Shown here piece after piece: positions 25,182-38,318 of a stretch of 64,000 bases of DNA. The translations under genes and the position numbers were made by a program. The notes beneath the pieces were generated by a model. It did not search any database, was not told where the DNA came from, and worked only from the letters and a program-made list of their open reading frames with translations. Position 1 is the stretch's first letter. The number at the start of each line of letters is the position of its first letter. The stretch is from Octopus vulgaris (Eukaryota): the NCBI GenBank assembly GCA_951406725.2, contig OX597823.1:3968001-4032000 (forward strand). Direction: 5' to 3'.

Positions 25182-25859
25182 ATATACTATTAAGGAACGT
25201 GTCTCATGCAGATGAGGATTGTTTTGTTTTCCAGACACTTAACTTTCTGTGCCGTGGCAAGTTCTCGTGTAAACATACACTTGCTTACATTGCCTTAGAG
25301 TACACCTTGAAGACGTAGGGTCACAGCCATCCTTGTTGTGGGTGTTGGTGTCATTATCATCATCACCACCACCACCACCACCACCATCATGATTACTGTC
25401 ATCATCCCACCCATCATCATTATCGTCCTCATTCCAATTAGATGTTTTAATTTGAATGTGGTGGTGGTGGTGGTGGTGGTGGTATCTGCAATCCAAGTGG
25501 GGAAAGAAGAGACCTGGGTTCTACTCTCCACCCCAAAGTGGAGGATAGAAGAGAAAAAGAAAGCAAACTTTTGAAAATATTTGAAATCTATTCAGCAGCA
25601 AAACCAGAAGTGGAGGGCATGGGGGGCAGGGCTACCCTTTACCCTCGATTTTATCCTCTTCTTCCTCGTTGTTTCAATGTTCACTTTTCCAGACAATGCA
25701 CCCTGACTGTTGTTGGACTTTTGTCATGTTTGCAACTGTTGTGAGTTGATACAAATTATCAAACTGCCTCTGGCAATTCTACTTGAGCGAACCCAAGATA
25801 TAAAGATTTCTAGCATAAGATCAAGGGTCACACATATTTAGAGAAAAGGAACTGTCAGC

Positions 25860-26090
25860 TATTGAAGGTCATGTTTTCTAACTGCCAAAAAGAATGAATT
25901 CGCAAGGCAGCAGCTATACAATGGGTACAGGTTTAAGGATGGAAAAAGAAGGGAGATCCAAGAAGACATGGCATGCCACCCTCAGAGAGGATCTGAAGCA
26001 CCGTAGCATCACCTGGGACGATGCTCAAAATCTAGAGGATTGAAGATGTCTTGCTGTCTGGTGGACATGCCAGCTGTTCAGCAAGAACTA
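25860..26090 (+). mobile_element. Degraded RTE-like LINE 3' fragment
   Basis: Translates GRSKKTWHATLREDLKHRSITWDDAQNL, resembling an RTE ORF C-terminus. Confidence 0.55.
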
Positions 26091-26156
26091 AAATGGTAAC
26101 CAAAACTAAATAATCTAATGTTTCTTTATCCCCCTCTCTCTCTCTGTTTTTGTTGA

Positions 26157-26282
26157 TCTTCTTCTTCTTCTTCTTCTTCTTCTCCTTCTTCCTCCTCCTC
26201 CTCCTCTTCTTCTTCTTCTTCTTCCTCTTTGTCTTCCTCTTCTTCTTCTTCTTCTTCTTCTTCTTCTTCTTCTTCTTCTTCT
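26157..26282. repeat. (TCT)n/(TCC)n trinucleotide microsatellite
   Basis: Direct observation; source of the poly-E/poly-R/poly-F ORFs. Confidence 0.95.
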
Positions 26283-27314
26283 ACACCATGTCTTCTTTGG
26301 CCAGCCTCTTTTTCCCTCAACTTCCTGTGGCATCCAGCCCATGGCTGTTTTAGCAATCTGCTTCTCTGGCAACCTTAGTATGTGTCCAGCCATTCTCATT
26401 CGTCTCTCAGTTACAATTGCATGCAGGGGCCCTACTCTTGCTGCTTGGAGAATGGTTTCATTTGTCACGCTGTCTCTATAAGTGATTCTTAGGATCCTTC
26501 TGAGGGACTACTGATGAAATTACATCATGTTGGCATGTGATTTTTGCTGTCATTTTCCAGGTCTTGGCTGCATAGATCTCTGTTGCTGTTTTGTAAGGTG
26601 AGCTGCCAGAATCATTAGCACATCGGGCAAAATGCTTAGCGGTATTTCATCTGCCGCTACGTTCTGAGTTCAAATTCCATCAAGGTTGACTTTGCCTTTC
26701 ATCCTTTCGAAGTCAATTAAATAAGTGCCATTTATGCACTAGGGTCGATATAATCGACTTAATCCATTTTTCTGTCCTTGTTTGTCCCCTCTGTGTGTAG
26801 GCCCTTGTAGGCAGTAAAGAAATAAAAAACATTAGCATGCCAGGCAAAATGCTTAGCGGTATTTAGTATGTCTTTATGTTCTGAGTTCAAATTCGGCTGA
26901 GGTTGACTTTGTCTTTCATCCTTTCGGAGTCAATAAATTAAGTACCAATTGTATACTGGGGTCAATCTAACTGACTGGCCCCCTTCCCCCAAAAAATTTC
27001 AGGTCTTGTGCCTAGAGTAGAAAAGAATATTGCTGTTTTGTATAGATGAATCTTCAGCTCTACATTTCTGTCATTGCTACACCAAAATGTTGTCAGTCTT
27101 CTAAATACTGCCACTGCTTTGCCAATTCTGCAGCTTCTGTCTGTGCATCGCCGTTGCTTGTCACTATACTTCCCGGATATGTGAAGCTTGTAAATTCATC
27201 AACTGGTTCTTGTCCAACTTTCAGTAGTACATTTTCTCCTTGTTTCTCAGCTTGCATTTCCTTTGCTTTTTGACTGCTGATTCTCAACCCAGTCTTTGCT
27301 GCTCTTTTGTACAT
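26283..27314 (-). mobile_element. Degraded RTE-like LINE RT C-terminal region, interrupted by a family A SINE dimer (26596-27030)
   Basis: AAKTGLRISSQKAKEM...FTYPGSIVTSNGD (27093-27314) and RRMRMAGHILRLPEKQIAKTAMGW...KRGWPKKTW (26283-26468). TTGCTGTTTTGTA occurs on both sides of the SINE. Confidence 0.8.
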
Positions 27315-27533
27315 GGTAGGTTGTAAATAGCAGGTAATTTGGCTGTTATTTTTAGTTGTTTGATTCCCGCCTTCACCTTAGATGCACCTGGTGTTTGTTA
27401 AAGGTGGTTTAATTGTCACAGTGAACAGATCAAGTACCTTTATCAAAGCTCTTGAGTTTGTATTAAACAGTATATCAGAACAATGGACTTGTATATAGGA
27501 CAAATAATAATAATAATAATAATGATAAAGATG

Positions 27534-27578
<45 letters not shown>

Positions 27579-27981
27579 TACAGAACCAGGCACCGGCTCT
27601 CATGGCTTCAGATCTTAACTGATTGGAAATGTTATCATGTACATTGTTTTGTCTTGGTATAAAAGATGGGCTACAGCAAATATTCTGCTCAATTCCACAG
27701 ATTTGCTTGTCAGTTGCTTGACCTTAACCAGTTGAGCATGTCCCTTGGTGGCTGACAATATGTGCATCTCTGATCACGAGCAGAAGTAGTGGGGGAGCTT
27801 TATAGCCATGGGTTGAGAGGAATTCTTTGGGGTTTGAATGATTCACTTCTGGTAACATGGATGTTATCAATCATTTATGAGCAGTAATACCAATGCTCAT
27901 CATTAAATACAGGTAATACACCAGTGGATTCACTGGATACAAGTATCCCATAGAAGGTTGTTATAACCTCTAACTTAACTC

Positions 27982-28053
<72 letters not shown>

Positions 28054-28094
28054 AATAATAATGATGATAATGATAATAATAATAATAGATAGAT

Positions 28095-28477
28095 AGAGAA
28101 TAGGAAACCAGACATAGTGTTAATTGAGAAAGAAAACAAACTATGCTGGATCATAGACATAGCATGCCCAGCTGACAACAAGGTATGCGATAAGGAAGAA
28201 AGAAAAGTCGATAGATATAACAGGTTAGCTTGGGAAGTTAAGCAGTTGTGATCGATGAAAAAGGTAGCAGTAGTACCAATAATTGTCAGAGCCCTGGGAG
28301 CAGTGAGCAAAAATCTCGAGAAGTATGTGGAACAAATTGGGGCTGCAATAAGGGTGGAGCACTTGCAGAAAACAGCACTGCTTGGAACTGCTTGAATACT
28401 CTGGAAGATGCTCAAAAAATAAGGGGTGTTACCTTAGTTCACAGCATTAGAAGCTGTGCAAAGGCAATAATAATAAT
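28095..28477 (+). mobile_element. R4/Dong-like RLE retrotransposon 3' fragment (family 2)
   Basis: RKPDIVLIEKENKLCWIIDIACPAD...LQKTALLGT. Near-identical to 31011-31414; follows (AAT)n/(GAT)n and ends in (AAT)n. Confidence 0.85.
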
Positions 28478-28721
28478 CCCTTCTACTATAGACACAAAGC
28501 CTGAGATTTTAGGGGAAGGGGCTAGCCAATTACATTGACTCCAGTGCTTAACTGGTACTTATTTTATTGACTCCTGAAAGGATGAAATGCAAAGGTGACC
28601 TTTGCAGAATTTAAATTCAGAATGTCAAGGCTAGAAGAAACACAGTGAAGCTTTTTGTCTGACATGCTAATGATTCTGCCAGCTTGCTGTCTAAATATTA
28701 ATAATAATAATAATGATGATG

Positions 28722-30745
28722 AGGATAATTTACAAAGCCTTTACTGCAATAATATCGCAGAAAATGAGCAAGCATCTGGAAGAAAACAACCTGTTTCCAG
28801 AAGAGCAGAAGGGATGCTGCAAGGGCTCATACAGCTGTAGAGATCAACTAATGATCAATAAAGTCATAACTGAAGACAGCCACAGAAATAAGTGAGGTCT
28901 AAGTATGGCCTGGATCAATTACCAAAAGGCTTTTGATAGCATTCCCCACACATGGATCCTAGAAACACTAGCCATGAACAAGGTAGCATCAATAATCATA
29001 AAACATATAAAACACTCTGAATAAATGGCAGACAGTGCTACAGCTCCAAACAAAAAAGGGACTCATAAAAACCAAAGCCATCTCCATTAGAAGAGGAATA
29101 TTCCAGGGAGACACACTCTCTCCACTCCTTTTCTGCTTGGCACTGACACCTTTATCAGGCATGCTTAAACAGAACTGGATGTGGATACAACTGTTACTAT
29201 AAAACAATCAGTCACCTCATATATGGATGACCTAAAACTGCATGCTACAAATGTTAAGCAGCTGGAAACATCACTACAGACAGTACATGGATTTACCAAG
29301 GAAATAAATATAAAATTTGACCTAGAAAAATGTGTCAGGGTAACCTTGAAAAGAGGAAAACTAGTTAAGAGTAGCAACATCACATTAGATAAAGCAAATG
29401 AAATAAGAGAATTAGACCGAAGCCAGACATACAAATACTTAGGAATCAATGAACTAGATACGATTACAGATGAAAGAGAAAATATAAAAAGAATAGTATA
29501 GGCGAGTTAGATTAATACTGAAAACAGCTTAATGCGAAAAACAAGATAATAGATATCATCATTCTTGCCGTCCCAGTTATAAGTTACAGCTACAATATCC
29601 TTAACTGGACACTAAATGAACTAATCAAAATAGACAGGAAAACAAGAAAAATGACAGGATTTAGGATGCACCACCCAAAATCTGACATAGAAAGGTTATA
29701 TATATTACGTATAGAAAGTGGTAGAGGCCTTATACAACTAAAAATACTATTACAAAATAACCAGCATAGGACTACAAAAATACCTACTTCATAAGCAAGG
29801 AAAACTAATACAGATAGCCACAAAACAAAAAACTGTTTTCAGTCTTTAAGGAAGTTGACAAATTGACAAATACAAAACAAGAAGTCATACTACCTAACAA
29901 CTATGAAGAAAAAGAAGAAACAACAAAAGCTGTAAAACAAATGAAATCCAAGCGAAAACTAGAACAGCAACGGATCATGATAAAATGATGGCAAGAAAAG
30001 CTCCTTCAAAGCAAATACTGGACTAATCTAAACGCAAAAGAAATAGACAAAGCAAAATCCCAGCAATGGCTGAGAAGCTCAGGACTCAAAGCAGAGACAG
30101 AGGGATTTTTAATTGTAGCACAAGACCAAAGCCTCCCCACCAGAAATTACCAAAAACATAATAAAAAGAAACATAGCAAGTAACTGCAGAATATGTAGAG
30201 ATGGACAAGAAACAATAAATCATATTATCTCTGGCTGCCCAGTCCTGGCTAAGAAGGAATATATTCACAGACATGACAGAGTTGGGACCTACACACACTG
30301 GAAGCTATGCCAACACTATAGAATAACAGAAAAAAGATGGTATAGGCTCAGGCCAGAAAAGGTCACAGAAGATGAGAAAGCAACCATGGGATATGCCAAT
30401 ACACACAGAGAAATTAAGGCCAATAGGCCAGATATAGTTGTCCGAGATCATGAAGAAAAAAAATGCTTTCTAATTGAGGTATCAATATCAACAGATGACA
30501 ATGTGTCTCTAAAAGAAATGGAGAAACTTGCAAAATATAAAGATCTGGAAATAGAGGTAACTAGAATGTGGAATCTAAAAATAGAAACAATTCCTATCAT
30601 AGTAGGTGCATTAGGCATGATAAAAAAATATACAGACAAATACATAACGAATACACCAGGACTTACAAACACATATAACATACAGAAAATAGCACTCCTA
30701 GGCACTGCACACATCCTACGTAAAACACTTTCAATATTGTAACTA
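28722..30745 (+). mobile_element. R4/Dong-like non-LTR retrotransposon (RT + CCHC finger + restriction-like endonuclease), 5'-truncated, disabled
   Basis: EEQKGC...DQLMINKVI, MAWINYQKAFDSIPH (about 28905), RGIFQGDTLSPLLF (about 29095), YMDDLKL (about 29220), CRICRDGQETINHIISGC (about 30185), RPDIVV...IEV...KLAKY (30386-30742). Contains stops and frameshifts. Confidence 0.92.
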
Positions 30746-30764
30746 TTAGATAATGATAAAGGGA

Positions 30765-31435
30765 TAAGCGCAGAATCTGTGGACAAAATGGTGAAACCGT
30801 ATGGCATTTTACCAGCCAATGTACGCCACTAGCCCAGAAAGAATATAAGAGATGCCACAACAGTACAGCCAGGCTTGTCCATTGGACACTTTGCAACAAG
30901 TATGGACTTGACAGAACAAAAAGTTGGTACAACCACAAACCTGAAGGCATTGTCGAAAATAGAAACGCAAAGATCCTATGGGATTTTATGATTCAGTGCA
31001 ACCATGAGATGGAGAATAGGAAACCAGACATAGTGTTAATTGAGAAAGAAAGCAAACGATGCTGGATCATAGACATAGCCTGCCCAGCTGACAACAAGGT
31101 ATGCGATAAGGAAGAAAGAAAAGTCGATAGATATGACAGGTTAGCTTGGGAAGTTAAGCAGTTGTGGTTGCTTAAAAAGTAGCAGTAGTACCAATAATTG
31201 TCGGAGCCCTGGGAACAGTGAGCAAAAATCTCGAGAAGTACGTGGAATAAATAAGGGCTGCAATAAGGGTGGAGCACTTGCAGAAAACAGCACTGCTTGG
31301 AACTGCTCGAATACTCCGGAAGGTGCTTGAAAAATAAGAGGTGTTACCTTAGTTCAATGGTAGTGAACAGCTGACACTGCAGTACATCTTCAGCATTAGA
31401 AGCTGTGCAAAGGCAATAATAATAATAATGATAAT
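30765..31435 (+). mobile_element. R4/Dong-like RLE retrotransposon 3' fragment (family 2) with (AAT)n tail
   Basis: RICGQNGETVWHFTSQC zinc knuckle remnant and RKPDIVLIEKESKRCWIIDIACPAD endonuclease; 3' end GCTGTGCAAAGGC-AATAATAAT. Confidence 0.88.
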
Positions 31436-31439
31436 GTTT

Positions 31440-32190
31440 TCTTTATTGGCCACAAGGCCCTAACACAAAGCAAAAAGGGACAATACAAGACAAGGGATAT
31501 AATAATAATGTTTAATAATAACAATGAATAATTCCCCAAAAGAGGGAGTCTTCCTTGGGTTGCTCATGGAAACCCTATAAAAAGCACTGTCTCCCTGACC
31601 ACTAAGTAAAATGCCCTCTTCACACTGTCCATCTCCAACTTACAGGTTCAAGTAGGTCTGTTCACTTGCATCATTCTGGCAACATTCACCTACCTTTTAA
31701 CAAAATTGCTGCGATGCAGAACTTTCTTTTCCATCCTCACTTTCCTTTTCAAGTGAAACTTGATAAAATTGATGAGGGCTTGGCCAAAGAGGTAAGTATC
31801 TGTCTTCAGCCTTTTCAATCTGGTCCACCACACAACCTCTTTTGCTAAGGCTGCCAGACAAAGAAAGACAGCCTGCCCTTCCTGGCTAAAATAAAACTGT
31901 GGGTTCAACATAAACCCACATATCGGAAATACATGGGCACTGAACGAGAACATGCAGAACAGTTTTGGCACTCTGTGTGCATCTCAGGCACGCCCAGCCG
32001 ATGGCAGTTCCATACCTATAAAATTTATCCCAAACCAACAATGCTTCTGGTAGCACTGCCAGGCCAAGGATTTCTGGAAATTATTCATAGGCCTCATCCC
32101 AAAAGTCATCCAGAACAGACCAGCCAGTTGATTCTTATTGAAGCCCAGAGTCTTTATTAACCACAAAAGGTTTACATTAAGCAAAACATT
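31440..32190 (-). mobile_element. Tx1/L1-like LINE 3' fragment
   Basis: Minus ORFs SLAWQCYQ and AKEVVWWTRLKRLK...FIKFHLKRKVRMEK resemble the Tx1/L1 ORF2 C-terminal region. Confidence 0.6.
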
Positions 32191-32414
32191 AAGGAAGGCA
32201 CAGGACAAAAATATTGAGTGTGTGTGTGTGTATGTTATTGTGAGGGTTTTGCATGGAAACAGGTAAGAAAAAAGAAGAGGAAAAAAGCAAATGGTAGTAC
32301 GGTAATCCCTCAACCATCGCGGATAATGTTCCAAACCTCCCACAGAAATAATTAAAATCTAAAAAAATATAAATACTTATCAGCCACAGAAACCCGCGAT
32401 ATACTGAGGAGTCT

Positions 32415-32922
32415 CTCTTTTACTCTTTTATTCTTTTACTTGTTTCAGTCATTTGACTGCAGCCATGCTGGAGCACCACCTTTGGTCAAGCAAACCGATC
32501 CCAGGACTTATTCTTTGTAAGCCTAGTACTTATTCTATCGATGTCTTTTGCTGAACTGCTAAGTTACGGGGGACGTAAGTACATCAGCATCAGTTGTCAA
32601 GCAATGTCGGGGGTACAAACACATACACACACACACATATACACATATATACGACGGGCTTCTTTCAGTTTCCATCTACCAAATCCACTCACAAGGCTTT
32701 GGTCAGCCCGAGGCTATAGTAGAAGACACTTGCCTAAGGTGCCACACGGTGGGGTTGAACCCGGAACCATGTGATTGGTAAGCAAGCTACTTACCACACA
32801 GCCACTCCTATGCCAAAAGCAAAGCTGACTTCGGCGGAATTTGAACTTAGAACGTAGCAGCAGACGAAATACTGCTAAGCGTTTCGCCCGGCGTGCTAAT
32901 GATCCTGCCAGCTCGCTGCCTT
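32415..32922 (-). mobile_element. Full-length CORE-like SINE B plus family A head, inside a small TIR element (32293-33012)
   Basis: Reverse complement of the SINE B consensus. Flanking GTACGGTAATCCCTC...ATCGCGG and CCACGATATGGCGAGGGATTACTGTA are inverted termini with TA ends. Confidence 0.75.
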
Positions 32923-33716
32923 CTGTGAAATAAATTTACATATATTAGCCAGAAAAATCTGCGATGTACTGAGTGTGTGATAGATGAACCACGATATGGC
33001 GAGGGATTACTGTAATAACATTTTAACTAGAGTATTCCTCATTAGGGAGGAGATGTACAAGTGCTGATCATGGTAAATCTCCATAAAACAATGGGTGTCC
33101 TGACTTCTGGGGCAGGTGTCTTTTCTCAGTTTCTTATCTCTAATTTACTTACAGGCATATGCTAACAATAACTTTCAAATTAGAAAATAAGTGAATCACA
33201 AATAAAGATTAAATTTAAGAAGTTTTAGATCTAAAAAATAAAAATTTTTTGGGAAAAAAAATGAGTTTGAAAAATAATAAAAATAAGAAAGGAAGAGAAA
33301 ATCAAGGAAATTAAAGAAAATGAAAGTGAATTGCCACAAGCAACTAAATGAGTTAATTATATCCTGACAAAAATAAGTCTGACACTCAATGAGATTGCAA
33401 CTGCGTTTAGTACCTGTCTGTCTGTCTATTTAGCTATCTATCTACCTGTCTAAATAGTGTATGTATGTATATATGTTTGTATGTATGTATGTATGCATCT
33501 ATCTATCTATCTATCTATTTATCTATCTTTCTATCTATATTTCTCTCTCTCTCTGTCTCTCTCTATTTCTTGCGACCTTTCAATTTAATATATTTTTAGT
33601 TTGTCTTAGATTTAAGCCAGTCATTTCTAAAAGAAATTAATGTTTATTTTTCACAGTTCACTGCAGTTCTTTCTGGGGTAAAGAAAAAGAGAAAGAAAGA
33701 AAGCAATCAAGCTAGC

Positions 33717-33718
<2 letters not shown>

Positions 33719-33760
<42 letters not shown>

Positions 33761-33770
33761 AAAGAAAGAA
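33719..33770. repeat. (GAAA)n microsatellite
   Basis: Direct observation. Confidence 0.95.
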
Positions 33771-34949
33771 AACCTTTTGCTGATTTATTTATAAAGAAAT
33801 AATACAAATCAGTTTTTTATTTACTCAGAAATAAGTTGATACTTTTCAGTGAATCACTTTGTACTAAGAGATATTTTGTAAGTTACAATTCAGTACAGTT
33901 TGTTAAAACCAGGTCCACATAGATTGGTACAGGTGAATGAGTTGTGGCTTATTTATTTATTGTTATCAGAGAGTCTATGGGAGAGAAAAAGGGCAGAATC
34001 AATAAGCTTTTAAGCTTCACCTTAGACGGGTAGGAGTTGGTGGTGATGGTGATGTGATTTACAGTTGATCTTCACCACCACCACCACCGTCGCCATCACC
34101 ACCACAATCATCATCATCACCATTCATTTGACTAAAATTCTTGAAGGCAGTGCCCCAGCATGGCCACAGTCTAATGGTTGAAACAAGTAAAAGACCAGAG
34201 GAGTGAGGTGCTGTGACATGAAGAGAGAAGCTCCTCTCTAATGAACCAGTCATAGCAGAACTTTAATCTGTAGATAATCCAAGGTATATGTGGCTTAATC
34301 TTTGGACAAAAGGAGTCTGTTTTTCATTGTCCCTTTATGTCCCTTTGTCTATTTACTTAGCTATCTTAAGATAATGTGGGTACCTTTACACCAGTCAAGG
34401 GTAACTCATTTGACAAGTGGGCTACATGGCTCATTATGGGATGGGCCACACTACCAAAAAAAAAGGGTCCAAGGTAACTTTTCGTTAGGCTTGCTGTTCA
34501 GAAAGTCCTGTGGGCTGCAGTTTGTACATGACTGCTTTATGCATTCACTAAACATGCTAGAAAAAGCAGCCAAATCTCCTTATCTCAGCCAACAGTATTT
34601 TTTTTAAAAAATGGGTGACATACTATAATCGCTAATATAAGTGATGGGCACAGTTGGAAAGCCTTTTGTCATATGTCTATTTGATCAAGGCTGACCTAGG
34701 GCTAAAGAACAACAATAGCAACATGCCTTGTGCAAAGAGTGAGATTTACATAGACGTTCAAAGTGCTAGAAACAGCAGTCAATTCCACCCCCTCACAATC
34801 ACACCCAGGCGTCTTTAAAAAGGAAAGACATTGAATAATGTAGTCTTCGATAAGAGGATCACAATTGGAACGCCTTTGATCATAGGTCTGTGGAGTTGGG
34901 GCTAAACCACAATAATCTACCTGTCTGTAACTATTCACATATCAGTGTC

Positions 34950-35033
34950 CGTCTATCTATCTCTGTCTGTCTATCTATCTATCTCTCTCTGTCTGTCTAT
35001 CTATCTATCTATCTCTCTCTGTCTGTCTATCTG

Positions 35034-35066
<33 letters not shown>

Positions 35067-35105
35067 ATCTCTCTGCCTGTCTATCTATCTATCTATCTAT
35101 CTATC
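34950..35105. repeat. (TCTA)n/(TCTG)n microsatellite
   Basis: Direct observation. Confidence 0.95.
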
Positions 35106-35975
35106 TAACGGTCTGTCTGTCACTTTGTCCGTCTATGTATGTATGTATCTGTCTCTATGTCTGCATGCCTATCTGTCTGATAATCTGTTTACCTTTCTTG
35201 TCATCATCAGGCTGCCTTCATCTATCAACCGATCTGTATTTCTGCTTCCCTGCTTCCTTGTCTTCGTCTACCGGTCTATCTGCCTTTTTGCCTATTATAC
35301 GTATCAACCCATTCAGTAAATTAATACTGGGAACGGGAAAGCAATCACCGACGAGCGCATCGAAAAATAAATAAATAAATAAAAAGGCGGGGAGGAAGGA
35401 AAAGATGTGGAAGGAGACAAAACAAAGATAATTAGACGTGAATGTAATGCCAAGGAGAGAAGTACAGCGTGCCAGTCGCATCATGCAACAGTAGGAGACA
35501 AGAGCTTCGTCGGTGAGTTGTATTGGCATGGTAACGCTGCACGGACGCTTTTCTAAAAATCAATGAACTGTGTGTGTGTGTGCATATATTTATGTGTGTG
35601 TGTGTGTGTTCGCGTATTAGTGTGAGAATGGAAATATTTCGGTGCAAACGTGCCCGTAGGAAGATGCGAAAATGCATTCTTGAATATAAGTGACGTGTTT
35701 CGTGAATGTTAGTATTTACGTTTTTAAATGTGTGTGTGTGTGTGTGTGTGTGCGAGGGGTGAATGCGTGCGTCGTCTGTATTTGCTATAAGGAAATACTT
35801 AGGAATTTATATGTAAAAGAAATCATTATTGCACATGATTACGTGCGTGCATATATGCCAACTTAAATATTATCTATCTTCAAATGTTTGCATGTATAAA
35901 TGCGTGTGAACTGTCTTGTTTGTGTACGCGCAACAAGAGAAATACTCTGCATGCTTAGAAATATATTGACGCGTG

Positions 35976-36006
<31 letters not shown>

Positions 36007-36919
36007 CTCTATAATGTGTGTCGCCGTGTGTGCGTGTGTAGGTGACACACATCGTTCGAGATAGAAGGAAAAAAAAAAATACATCATGTGATTAATAACT
36101 AAAATATGTGTAACGTAACAAGTGCTGTTTCGGTATCAACGATCTACGTTTTAGAAAACGAAACCATGAGCCTACTACTTATCCCGCTAACCTTTCTTTT
36201 ACTCTCTTTCTTTCTCTCTTTAACTGATCCTTCTTATATCGTATATTGTGTTTTATATTAAAGGTTTTAATCCAAATCAAAGCGATAAAGTTTAACGTGG
36301 GTCTCTCAATTAAGACCGTTGCGCTTTTAGACGACGGGAGACAACCGACTAATGCAACGCACTTGTCACTTTCACATTTTTAGCGCTCAATCGCATCTAA
36401 TTTTTTAAACGAAGAATTTAAATTAAATTAATTAAAAAATATTCAATACCTGTATAATTTCTAATAAAATAAAATATTTATTTAAAACAATACACAAGTA
36501 GATTATTTCTCAATTTATTTCAAATTTATTTTAGGGTCGAATAAAAACATGCGATATAGATGTGTTGTTTTTATGAATGACTAAGTAAATTTATAAATGA
36601 TCTATGAATTTATAAAGTGCAACTACGTATCTGTTATCGCGTAAATTTCATTTATCTGAATTTCTTCATGACATCATTATTATTAATCGCTGTTGCTTGG
36701 TCAAAGGCCAATTAAATAGCCATTGCTATGTGGCTATTCTACTATTTGGATACCGCCCAGAATTGTTTTTTTTTAGATTTTATTTTATATTAGAAATTCA
36801 ACAGATAAGAATTTTAGCTGTGCAAGCAAAAATTCAATGACAACCCTTAATTATTTTTTTTAAAAAAGCAACAAATATATTTCTAATCGCTACATCAAAT
36901 TCTTGTACTTTTTTTTTTT

Positions 36920-37020
36920 TATTAGCAGCCAATCAACGAATATCATTTATAAAGTTTAGGTCGAGGAAAGGGTAAGTCGTCTACTTGGAATAGCCAAAGG
37001 CAGCCATCTTTCTGTTTTCC
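36920..37020 (+). promoter_or_regulatory. Putative proximal promoter of exon A (CCAAT/NF-Y box and YY1-like motif)
   Basis: AGCCAATCA at 36927-36935 and CAGCCATCTT at about 37000-37010, 300-380 nt upstream of the exon A ATG in repeat-free, CpG-retaining sequence. Confidence 0.45.
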
Positions 37021-37308
37021 GGTAGAGTAATAACAATCATAAAACTATCTTTATTTTTCAAGGTTCATTAAGCTGCTGAGGATGCTGGAAAGAAAAATAT
37101 TGACACACAGAAGAATAGAAAAACCATGGATGAATATTTCGTTAGAATTATTGTTTGCTGGCAAAATTTTTCATTGATAAGTCGTAGCCTGGGTGTTAGC
37201 CGGCTGGTGCGCTCCTCGACTCCAGTCGCTTGACAGATGACACAGGCTGGGACATTCGCTCGGATTTACTCATAAAACACCTGTACAGTCTAAACGGATG
37301 CGTGTATC

Positions 37309-37408
37309 ATGGATCTAGGAATAGACTTTCAGGATTATAGGGACCTGCAGCTTCCCTTATGTATTTTACAACTGGACCCTGCAGACAGAGCAGTTTTGAG
37401 AATTGCAG
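37309..37408 (+). CDS. DST/MACF1: Spectraplakin alternative first coding exon A (MDLGIDFQDYRDLQLPLCILQLDPADRAVLRIA + G, phase 1)
   Basis: First ATG after an in-frame TAA (37291-37293). 33 codons + 1 nt, ending at the strong donor CAG|GTAAGT (37409). Joined to 39419 it reads LDPADRAVLRIA-DERDAVQKKTF, matching the LDPAERAV(L/I)RIADERD motif I recall from vertebrate DST/MACF1/plectin. Confidence 0.9.
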
Positions 37409-38279
37409 GTAAGTGTGACAGATTCTTTATATAAAACTGTTGAATTCCATACATTTTCACCACTTGTAGCATCTATATAGCTATGCCTTATTTTAGACCC
37501 CATTTTCTTGTATTTAACACTGTAAATGTGAAACAGCTAACGTCGTAATTCTACCGTGTTAATAATATATTCCGAAATATTTCTCTGACTATTTAATTCC
37601 AACTCAATAATTACTGTTAACTGTTGCAATATTAAGAGGGCATAACTACACATTAGTGCTCCATCGATTTTGTTTCCGCATAACTTTCTGATAATTGCAT
37701 AATTTTAAAAGAAATCTTGCAGAAATACATTTTCAAGGGTGTAGATTACCGTTATGTTGATAATATTAAGAAAATACAAATATTTGTTGAAGTAGTTTCG
37801 AATCATTCTCACCCTCTCCGAAATTCGTTTCCACGTAACTCTTGTCTTAAAATGCGTATCATCAAATGACATTTTGCAGAAATATGATTTGGAAAGTGTA
37901 GATTGCATAATGTTGATGTTTCAAACGTAGAAATCTAATGAAAAAAGGTGTAAAATGCTAAAGTTACCGAAATAAATGGAATACTAATCTAGAGTTAATG
38001 CTTATTAGCATTTCCGTTGTTAAACTGAAAGTACAAGCTACATTCTCCTTGAAACAAAACCTTCGAATTTTCTTATAAATAATCTTTATTATTAAATTCT
38101 TTAAAACAGTCAAATAGATTTTTTAAAAAAGAAATATATTCATCTTTTAATTTTCGTTTATTATTTTTTCGTGAATAATTTTTGCGTTGCAGTTTATTTA
38201 GTAAGGCACATATTTCACGTCGCAATTTATTGCATCTTCCTTCAATATTAAACAGTTGGAGGTTACAATCAGTATACAA

Positions 38280-38318
<39 letters not shown>

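Noticed and set aside
23920-25318. Cluster of 70-200 aa ORFs rich in YI/HT/VC
   Set aside because: All derive from TA, CA, TATG and GATA microsatellites, which lack stop codons in some frames.
26115-26468. Protamine-like poly-R or acidic poly-E protein
   Set aside because: Translation of a (TCT)n microsatellite fused to a LINE fragment.
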